Shown in pieces: positions 16,762 to 26,412 of a DNA stretch of 64,000 bases. The position numbers were made by a program, and so were the translations under genes. This stretch comes from the human T2T-CHM13v2.0 reference genome, Homo sapiens. The notes below the pieces were generated by a model, which did no database searches, had not been told where the DNA came from, and saw only the letters and a list, made by a program, of their open reading frames with translations. The first letter of the stretch is position 1. Each line of letters opens with the position of its first letter. The stretch lies in assembly GCF_009914755.1 (NCBI RefSeq), contig NC_060945.1; one strand, given 5' to 3'.

Positions 16762-17931
16762 CATAAAATCTCTAGAAGAAAACCTAGGCAATACCATTCA
16801 GGATATAAGCATGAGCAAGGACTTCATGTCTAAAACACCTAAAGCAATGGCAACAAAAGCCACAATTGACAAATGGGATCTAATTAAACTAAGGAGCTTC
16901 TGCACAGCAAAAGAAACCACCATCAGAGTGAACAGGAATCCAACAGAATGGGAGAATATTTTTGCAACCTTCTCATCTGACCAAGGGCTAATATCAGGAA
17001 TCTACAACGAGCTCAGACTAATTTACAGGAAAAAAACAAACAACCCCATCAAAATGTGGGTGAAGTATATGAACAGACAGTTCTCAAAAGAAGACTTTTA
17101 TGCAGTCAATGAACAAATGAAAAAATGCTCATCTTCACTGGCCATCAGAGAAATGCAAGTCAAAACCACAATGAGATACCATCTCACACCAGTTAGAATG
17201 GCAATCATTAAAAAGTCAGGAAACAACAGGTGCTGGAGAGGATGTGAGAAATAGGAACAATTTTGCACTGTTGGTGGGAGTGTAAACTAGTCCAACCATT
17301 GTGGAAGTCGGTATGGCGATTCCTCAGGGATCTAGAACTAGAAATACCATTTGACCTAGCCATCTCATTACTGGGTATATACCCAAAGGATTATAAATCA
17401 TGCTGCTATAAAGACACATGCACATGTATGTTTATAGTGGCACTATCCACAATAGCAAAGACTTGGAACCAATGTAAATGTCCAACAACGATAGACTGAA
17501 TGAAGAAAATGTGGCACATATACATCATGGAACACTATGCAGCCATAAAAAATGATGAGTTCATATCCTTTGTAGGGACATGGATGAAGCTGGAAACCAT
17601 CATTCTCAGCAAACTATCGCAAAGGCAAAAAATAAAACACCACATGTTCTCACTCATAGTTGGGAATTGATCAAAGAGAACACATGAACACAGAAAGGGA
17701 ACCATCACACACCACACACCAGGGAGTGTAGTCCGGTGTAGGGAGGGGGAGGGATAGCCTTAGGAGATATACCTAATGCTAAATGATGAGTTCATGGGTG
17801 CAGCACACAAACATGGCACATGTATACATATGTAACAAACCTACACGTTGTACACATGTTCCCTAAAATATAAAGTATAGTAATAATAAAAGTAAATAAA
17901 TAAATAATTAAACCGAGAGCTCCAAAAAAAT
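16762..17931 (+). mobile_element. LINE-1 #2, 5'-truncated, L1PA4-like
   Basis: ORF2 C-terminal fragments (RCWRGC, HCWWEC); 3' UTR with AACATGGC, GTAACAAAC, CACGTTGT; A-rich tail; TSD AAGAATG(C/G)TTCA at 16750-16761 and 17932-17943. Confidence 0.94.
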
Positions 17932-18700
17932 AAGAATGGTTCAACTCTATGAGATGAATGCACACATCACAAATAAGTTTCTAAGAAAGTTTCTGTCTAC
18001 ATTTTATATGAAGATATTTCCTTTTTCACCATAGGACTCAAAGAACTCACAAATATCCCTTTGCAGATTATACAACAAAAGAGTTTCCCATCTGCTCAAT
18101 GAAAAGAAATGTTTACCTCTGTGAGATGAATGCACACATTACAAAGCAGTTTCTCAGAAACTTTCTGTCTAGTTTTTATGTGAAGACATTTACTTTTTCC
18201 TCATAGGCCTCAAAGCGCTCACAAATATCCTTTGCTGATTCTACAAAAAGACTGTTTCCAAACTGATCAATCAAAAGAATGGTTCAACTGATTCAGATGA
18301 GTGCACACATAACACAGAAGTGTCCCAGAAAGCTTCCATCTAGTTTTCATGTGAGGATATTTCCTTTTCCACCATTGGCCCCCAAGTGTTCACAAATAAT
18401 CCTTTGCAGAATCTACAAAAAGATGGTTTCCAATACACTCAATCAATAGAAAGGTTCAATTCTGTGAGATGAATTCACACATCAAAAACAGTTTCACAGA
18501 AATCTTCTTTCTAGTTTTTCTGTGAAGATATTTCTTTTTCACCATAGGCTACAAAACGCTCACAAATATCCTTTTGCTGATTCTACAAAAAGACTGTGAC
18601 CAAACTGCTCAATCAATAGAATGGTTCAACTCTGTGAGATAAATGCACACATCACAAAAATGTTTCTCAGAAAGTTTATGTCTAGTTTTCATGTGAAGAT
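17932..18700 (-). repeat. Alpha satellite, layer A (AAGAATGGTTC variant)
   Basis: About 4.5 monomers ending abruptly at ...ATGTGAAGAT. Confidence 0.96.
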
Positions 18701-19581
18701 CGGAGTGCAGTGGAATGAAATGGAATGGAATGGAATGCAAAGGAATGGAAGGGAATGGAATGGAGTGAAGTGGAATGGAATGAAATGGAGTGGAGTGGAG
18801 TGATGTGGATTGGACTGGAATGGAGTGGAGTGGAGTGGAATGGAATGGAATAGAGTGGATTTGAAAGGAATGGAATGGAATGGAGCAGAGTGGAGTGGAG
18901 TGGAATGGAATGGAGTGGAATGGAAAGGAGTGGAGTGGAATGGAATGGAGTGGAGTGGAGCGGAATGGAATGGAGTGGAATGGAATGGAGTGGAATGGAA
19001 TGGAGTGGAGTGGAAAGGATTAGAGTGGAGTGAAGTGCAGTGGAGTGGAGTGGAGTTGAAAGGAGTGGAATGGTATGGAATGGAATTGAATGGAATGGAG
19101 TGGAATGGAATGGAATGGAATGGAGTGGAGTGGAGAAGAGTCGAATGGAGTGAAATGGAGTGGAGTGGAGTGGAGTCGAGTGGAATGGAGTGGAACAGAG
19201 TGAAATGGAGTGGAGTGGAGTCGAGTGGAATGGAGTGGAATGGAGTGAAAAGGAGTGGAGTGGAGTGGAATGGAATGGAATGGAATAGAATGGAACGGAA
19301 TGGAATGGAACGTAACAGAATGGAGTGGAGGTGAGTGGAGTGGAGTGGTGCTGAGTGGAATGGATCAGATTGCCGTGGAATGGAATGGAATGGAATGGAA
19401 TGGAATGGAATGGAATGGAATGGAAAGGAATAGAAAGGAGAGTAGTGGAATGGAGAGGAGTGGAGTGCAGTAGAGTGCACTGGAGTGGAATAGAAAGGAG
19501 AGTAGTGGAATGGAGAGCAGTGGAGTGCAGTAGAGTGCACTGGAGTGGAACGTAAAGGAATGGAATGGAATGGTATGGAAT

Positions 19582-19659
19582 GGTGAAATGAAGTGAGAGC
19601 TAAGATTGTGCCACTGCACTCCAGTCTGGGTGACAGAGTGAGATCCAATCGAAATAAGG
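19582..19659 (+). repeat. Alu-3'-fragment cassette copy 1 (subtype I)
   Basis: GAGCTAAGATTGTGCCACTGCACTCCAGTCTGGGTGACAGAGTGAGA matches the Alu right-arm 3' end. Confidence 0.9.
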
Positions 19660-20137
19660 GAATGCAATGAAATGGAGTAGAATGGATGGAATGGAGTGGA
19701 GAGGAATGGAATGGAGTGGAATGGAGTGGAGTGGAATGGAATGAAGTGGAGTGGACTGGAATGGAGTGGAATGGAGTGAAATTGAATGGAGATTAGTGGA
19801 GTGGAGAGGAGAGGAGTGGAATGGAGTCAATTGGAGTGAAATAGAATGGAGTGGAGTTGAGTCGAATGGAATGGAAAAGAGTGGAATGGAATGGAATGGA
19901 ATAGAATGGAGTGGAGTGGAGTGGGGTTGAGTGGAGTGTATCAGAGTGCAGTGGAATGTTATGGAAAGGAATGGAATGGAATGGAACATTGTGGAGTGGA
20001 GTGAAGTGGAGTTGAGAAGAGTGGATCTGAGTGCAGTGGAATGGAATGGAATGGAATGGAATGGAATGGAATGGAATGGAATGGAGTTGAATGGAATGGA
20101 ATGGAGTGGAGTGGAGTGGAATGGAATGGAACAGAAT

Positions 20138-20216
20138 GGTGAAATGAAATGTGTGCTAAGATAGTGCCACTACACTCCAGTCTGGTTGACAGAGTGAGAT
20201 TCAGATGAAATAAAGG
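20138..20216 (+). repeat. Alu-3'-fragment cassette copy 2 (subtype I)
   Basis: GTGTGCTAAGATAGTGCCACTACACTCCAGTCTGGTTGACAGAGTGAGA. Confidence 0.88.
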
Positions 20217-20524
20217 AAACGAATGGAATGGAGTAGAATGGAATGGAATGGAGTGGAGTGGAGTGCAGTGGGGTGCAGTGGAATGGAATAGAGTAGAGTG
20301 GAATGGAATGGAGAGGAATGGAATGGAGTGGAATGGAACAGGATGGAATGGAACGGGAAAGAATGGAGTGGAGTGGAGTGTAGGTGAATGGAGTGGATCG
20401 GAGTGGAGTGGAATGGAATGGAATGGCACGGAAGGGAGTGGAGTGAAATAGAGTGGAGTGAATTGGAGTGGAGTGGAATGGAGTGGAATGGAATGGAATG
20501 GAGTGGAATGCAATGGAATGGAAT

Positions 20525-20603
20525 GGTGAAATGTGATGTGAGCTAAGATTGTGCCACTGCACTACACTCTGCGGGACAGAGAGACATCCAATCGAAATTG
20601 AGG
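20525..20603 (+). repeat. Alu-3'-fragment cassette copy 3 (subtype I)
   Basis: GTGAGCTAAGATTGTGCCACTGCACTACACTCTGCGGGACAGAGAGA. Confidence 0.86.
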
Positions 20604-22010
20604 AATGCAATGGAATGGAGTAAAGTGGAATGGAATGGAGTGGAGTTGAATAGAATGCAGTGGAATGGAGTGGAGTGGAGTGGAAGGGAGTGGAGTGGAA
20701 TGGAGTGGAATGGAATGGAGTGGAGTGGAATGGAGTGGAATGGAGTGGAATAGAGTGGAATGGAATGGAGTGTAGAGGAAAGAAATGGAGTGGAATGAAA
20801 GGAACGATACAGAATGGAATGGAATGAAGTGTAGTGTAGTGTAGTGTAGTGGAGTTGAGTGGAATGGATCAGAGTGCAGTGGAATTCAATGGAATGGAAT
20901 GGAATGGAGTGGTTTGGAGTGGAGTTGAGTGGAGTAGAGTGGAATAGAGTAGAGAGGAATGGAGAGGAATGGAGTGAAATGGAATGGAGTGGAGTGGAAT
21001 GCAGTAGAATGGAATGGAATGGAATTGAATGGAACAGAATGGAATGGAATGGAAGGGAATGGAGTGGAGTGGAGTGGAGTGGATTGAAGTTGGGTGGAGT
21101 GGATCGGATTGAAGTGGAATGGAATGGAATGGAATGGAGTGGAGTGGAATAAAATGTAATGGAATGGAATGGAATGGGGTGGAGTGGAGTGGAATGGAGT
21201 GGAGTGGATTGAAGTGGAGTGGAGTGGAAAGGAAGGGAGTGGTGTGGAATGGAATGAAATGGAGTGGAGTGGAATGGAATGGAGTGGAATGGAATGGAAT
21301 GGAGAGGAGTGGAATGAAATGGAGTGGAGTGGAACGGAAAGGAGTGGAGTGGAATGGAGTGGAGTGGAGTGGAACGGAATGCAGTGGAAAAGAATGGAAT
21401 GGAGTGGAGTGGAATGGAATGGAGTGGAGTGGAATGGAATGGAGTGGAGTGGAATGGAAAGGAGTGGAGTGGAATGGAGTTGAGTAGAGTGGAGTGGAGT
21501 GGATCGGAGTGCAGTGGAAAGGAATGGAATGGAATGGAATAGAATGGAATGGAATGGAATGGAATATAATGCAGTGGAGTGGAGCGAAGTGGAGTGGAGT
21601 GGAACGAAGTGGATCAGAGTGCAGTGGAATGGAAAGGAATGGAATGGAGTGGAGTGTAGTGTAGTTGAGTGGAGTGGAATGGAATGGAATGGAACGTAAT
21701 GGAATGAAAAGGAATGGAATGGAACAGAGTGGAGTGGAGTGTAGTTGAGGGGAGTGGATTGGAGTGCAGTGAACTGGAATAGAATGGAAGGGAATGGAGT
21801 GGAGTGGAATGGAATTAAATGGAATGAAGTGGATTGGAGAGGAGTGGAGTTTAGTGGAGTGCAGAGGAATGGAATGGAGTGGAGTGGAATGGAAGGGAGT
21901 GGAGTGGAGTGGATCAGAGGCGAGTGGAGTGGAGTGGAATGGAATAAAATGGAGTGTAGTGTAGTGGAGTGGAATGGAATGGAATGGAATGGAATGGAAT
22001 GGAATGAAAT

Positions 22011-22089
22011 GGTGAAATGAAATGTGAGCTAAGATTGTGCCACTGTACTCCAGTATGGGAGACAGAGTGAGATCCAGTCGAAAATAAGG
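22011..22089 (+). repeat. Alu-3'-fragment cassette copy 4 (subtype I)
   Basis: GTGAGCTAAGATTGTGCCACTGTACTCCAGTATGGGAGACAGAGTGAGA. Confidence 0.88.
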
Positions 22090-23251
22090 AATGGACTGGA
22101 ATGGAGTAAAATGGAATGGAATGAAGTGGAGTGGAATGGAATGGGTTGGAATGGAGTGGATTGGAGTGGAATGGAGTGGAGTGGAGTGGAATGGTGTGGT
22201 GTGGAATGGTGTGGTGTGGAATGGAATGATATGGAATGGAATGAAGGGGAATGGAGTGGAGTGGAGTGTAATGGAGTTTATTGGAATGGAGTGCAGTGCA
22301 ATGGAAAGGAATGGAATGCATTAGAATGGAATGGAGAGGAATGGATTGGAGTGGAATGGAGTGGACTGGAATGGAACGGAATAGGACGGAAGGGAACGGA
22401 ACAGAATGGAACAGAGTTTAGTGGAGAGTAGTGGAATTGAGTGGGGTGGATCAGAGTGCAGTGGAATGGAATGGAATGAAATGGAATGGTATGAAATGAA
22501 GGGGAGAGGAGTGGAGTGGAGTTGAGTGGAATGGGTTTGAGTGGAGTGGATCGCACTGCAGTGGAATGGAAAGGAATGGAATGGAAAGCAGTACAATGGA
22601 CTGGAGTGGAGTGGAGTGGAGGGGATTGGACTGGAATGGACGGGAGTGGAATGCAGTGGAGGGCAATGGAGTGGAATGGAGTGGAATGGAATGGATAGGA
22701 GTGGAATGGAATGGAATGGAATGGAACGGAATGGAATGGAAGGGAAAGGAATAGAATGGATCGGATCGAGTGGAGTGGAATGGAGTGGAGCGGAGTTGCG
22801 TGGAGTGGAACGGAGTACAAGGGAATGGAATGGAATGGAATGGAATGGAATGGAATGGAATGGAATGGAGTGGAGTAGAATGGGATGGAATGGAGTGGAG
22901 TTAAGTGTAGTGGAGTGGAATGGAGTGTAATAAAGTGAAATGGAGTGGCGCTGTGAGGAGTGGAGTGGAATGGAATGGAATGGAATGCAACAAACCCGAA
23001 CGGAACGGAACAAAACGAAATGGAATGGAGTGGAGTGGAGTGCAGTGGAGTTTAGTGGAGTGGAGTGGACTGGAGAGGAGTGGAGTGGAGTGCAGTGGAG
23101 TGGATTGGAATGGAGTGGAATGGAGTAGAGTGGAATGGAATGGAATGGAACGGAACGCAAAGGAATGTAGCGGAATGGAATGGAACAGAATGGAAAGGAG
23201 TGGAGTGGAGCTGAGTGGAGTGGAGTGAAATGGAATGGAATGGAATGGAAT

Positions 23252-23330
23252 GGTGAAATGAAATGTGAGCTAAGAACGTGTCATTGCACTCCTGTCAGGG
23301 TGACAGAGTGAGATCCAGTTGAAATAAAGG
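23252..23330 (+). repeat. Alu-3'-fragment cassette copy 5 (subtype I)
   Basis: GTGAGCTAAGAACGTGTCATTGCACTCCTGTCAGGGTGACAGAGTGAGA. Confidence 0.86.
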
Positions 23331-24638
23331 AATAGAATGGAATGGAATGGAGTGGACTGGAATGGAATGGAGTGTACTGGAATGGAATGGAGTGGAATGG
23401 AGTGGAGTAGAATGGAGTGGAGTGGAATGGAGTGGAATGGAGTGGAGTGGAACGGAATGGAATGGAGTGGAGTGGAATGGAGTGGAGTGGAACGGAATGG
23501 AATGGAGTGGAACAGAATATAGTGGAATGGAGTGGAATGGAGTGGAATGGAGTGGAGTGGAACGGAATGGAATGGAGTGGAACAGAATGGAGTGGAATGG
23601 AATAGAATAGAGTGGAGTGGAATGGAATGGAATGGAGTGGAACAGAATGGAGTGGAATGGAACAGAACGGAATGAAACAGAACGGAATGAAACGGAATGG
23701 AGTGGAATGGAGTAGAGTGGAGTGTATAGGACTGAAGTGGAATGGAATGGAATGGAGTGGAGTGGAGCGGACTGGAGTGGAGTGGAGTAGAATGGATTGG
23801 AGTGGAGTGGAGTGGTATATAGAGGAAAGGAATGGAGTGGAGTGGAATGGAATGGAAAGGAGAGGAATGGAAAGTTAAGGAGTGGCATGGAATGGAGTGG
23901 AGTGGAGTTGAGTGGAGTGGATCAGATTGCCGCGGAATGGAATGGAATGTAATGGAATGGAATGGAGAGTTATGGAGTGTAGTGGAATGGAGTGGAGTAG
24001 AGTGGAGTAGAGTGGAATGGAGAGGAGTGGAGTGGATTGGAGTGGAGTGGAATGGAGTGGAGTGTAATCGAATACAATGAAATGGAATGGAATGGAATGG
24101 AGTGGAGTGCAGTGGAGTCGAGTGGAATGGAATGTAGTGGAATAAAGTGGAATGCAATGGAATGGAATGGAGTGCAATGGAACGGAATGGAGTTGCATGG
24201 AACGGAATGGAATGCAGAGTAATGGAATGGAGTGGAGTGGGGAAGAGTGGAGTGCAGTGGAATGGAGTTAAATGAAGTGGAATGGAATGGAGTGGAATGG
24301 AGTGGAGTTCAATGGAATGAAAAGGAATGGAATGGAATGGAACGGAATGGGGTGTAATAGAATGGAATGGAATGGAGTGGAGTAGAATGGAGTGAAGTGA
24401 AGTGGACTGAAGTGGAGTGGAGTGGAGGGTAATGGAGGGGAACGGAATGGGATGGAGTTGAATGGATTGGAGTGGAGTGGAGTGGAATGGAGTGAAATGG
24501 AATGGGATGGAGTGGAGTGGGTTGGAGTGGAGTGGAGTGGAATGGAATGGAATGGAATTGAAAGGAATGGAATTGAATGGAATTGAATGGAATGGAACGC
24601 AATAGAATGGAATGAAATGGAATGCAATGGAATGGAAT

Positions 24639-24717
24639 GGTGAAATGAAAAGTGAGCTGAGATTCTGCCACTGCACAGCAGCCTGGGTGACAGAGTGAGA
24701 TAATGTCAAAAGAAAGG
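24639..24717 (+). repeat. Alu-3'-fragment cassette copy 6 (subtype II)
   Basis: GTGAGCTGAGATTCTGCCACTGCACAGCAGCCTGGGTGACAGAGTGAGA. Confidence 0.88.
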
Positions 24718-25049
24718 GAAGGAATGGAATGGAGTGGAATGGAATGGAATCTAATGGAATTGAATGGAATGGAATCTAATGGAATTGAATGGAATGGAAT
24801 GGAATGGAAAGAAATGGAATGGAATGGAACGTAGTGTAGTGTAGTGGAGTGGAGTGGAGTGGAATGCAGTGCAGTGGAATGGAGTGTAATGAAATGGGAT
24901 ATAATCTAATAGAATGGAGTGGAGTGGACTGGAATGGTGTGGAAGGACATGGGATGCAATGGAGTGGAGTGGAGTGTAATGAAAGGAATGTAGTGGAGAG
25001 GAGTGGAGTGGAGTGGAATGGAATGAAATGGAATAGAATGGAATGGAAT

Positions 25050-25126
25050 GGTGAAATGAAATGTGAGCTGAGATTGTGCCACTGCACTCCAGCCTGTGTG
25101 ACAGTGAGATCCTGTTGAAAGAAAGG
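25050..25126 (+). repeat. Alu-3'-fragment cassette copy 7 (subtype II)
   Basis: GTGAGCTGAGATTGTGCCACTGCACTCCAGCCTGTGTGACAGTGAGATCCTGT. Confidence 0.9.
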
Positions 25127-25404
25127 TATGGATTAAAATGGAATGGAATTAAATGGAATGGAGTGGATTGGAGTGGAATTTAGCGGAATGCTGTGGAATG
25201 GAATGGGATGGAATGGAATGGAATGGAATGGAGTGGAGTAGAGTGGATTGGAGTGGAGTGGAGTGGAATGGAGTGGAATAGAATGGGATTCAATGGAATG
25301 GAGTGGAGTGGAGTAGAGTGGACTGGAATGGAGTGGAACCGAATGGAATGGAATGGAATGGATTGGAGTGGAATGCAATTGAATGGAATGGAATTGAATG
25401 GAAT

Positions 25405-25483
25405 GGTGAAATGAAATGTGAGCTGAGATACTGCTGCTGCACTCCAGCCTGGGTGACACAGTGAGATCCTGTCAAAAGAAAGG
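25405..25483 (+). repeat. Alu-3'-fragment cassette copy 8 (subtype II)
   Basis: GTGAGCTGAGATACTGCTGCTGCACTCCAGCCTGGGTGACACAGTGAGATCCTGTC. Confidence 0.89.
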
Positions 25484-25800
25484 AATGGAATGGAATGGAG
25501 TTGAATGGAATGGAATAGAGTGGAGTGGAGTGGAGTGGAGAGGAATGGAGTGGAATGTGATGGGATGGATTGGAGTGAAATGGAGTGGAGTGGACTGGAC
25601 TGGACTGGAGTGGATTGGAGTGGAATGGAGTGGAATGTAATGGGATGGTTTGGGATGGAGTGGAGTGGACTGGAGGGGTTTATAGTGGAATGGAGTGGAT
25701 GGAATGGAATGGAGTTGAGTGGAGTGAAGTGGAGTGGAGTGCAGTGGAATGTTATGGAATGGAATGGAATGGAATTGAATGGAATGGAATGCAATGGAAT

Positions 25801-25879
25801 GCTGAAGTGAAATGTCAGCTGAGATTGCTCCACTGCACTCCAGCCTGGGTGACAGAGTGAGATCCTGTCGAAAGAAAGG
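25801..25879 (+). repeat. Alu-3'-fragment cassette copy 9 (subtype II)
   Basis: CAGCTGAGATTGCTCCACTGCACTCCAGCCTGGGTGACAGAGTGAGATCCTGTC. Confidence 0.9.
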
Positions 25880-26112
25880 AATGGAATGGAATGGAATGGT
25901 GTGGTATGGAATGTAATGGAAGGGAGTGTAGTGTAGTCTACTGTACTGTAGTGGAGTGGAGTGGAGTTGAATTCAATGGGATGGCATGAAAGGGAGTGGA
26001 AGTGAGTGGAGTGGAATGCAGTGTACTGGAATGGAGTGGGATTGATTGGAATGGAGTGGAGTGGAGTGCAGCAGAGTGTAGTGAAATGGAATGGAATGGA
26101 GTGGAATGGAAT

Positions 26113-26191
26113 GTTGAAATGTCATGTGAGCTGAGATTGTGCCACTTCACTCCAGGCTTGTCGACAGGGTGAGATACTGTTAAAAGAAAGG
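26113..26191 (+). repeat. Alu-3'-fragment cassette copy 10 (subtype II)
   Basis: GTGAGCTGAGATTGTGCCACTTCACTCCAGGCTTGTCGACAGGGTGAGA. Confidence 0.87.
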
Positions 26192-26412
26192 AGTGGAATG
26201 GAGTGGAGTTGAATGCAATGGGATGGAATACAATGGAGTGAAGTGGAGTCGAGTGAAGTGGATTGGAGTGGAGTGGAATGGAGAGAACTGGAATCTGATG
26301 GAATGGAATGGAGTGGAGTGGAGTGGAATGGAATGGAATGGAGTGGGGTGGAGTGTAGTGTAGTGGAATGGAGTGGAATGGAATGGGACAGAATGGAATG
26401 CATTGGAGTGGA

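Noticed and set aside
19582-26191. CRISPR-like pattern of conserved repeats with variable spacers
   Set aside because: Primate DNA; the repeats are Alu-derived and 79 bp long, the spacers are 230-1400 bp of pentamer satellite and not unique ~35-mers, and there are no cas genes.
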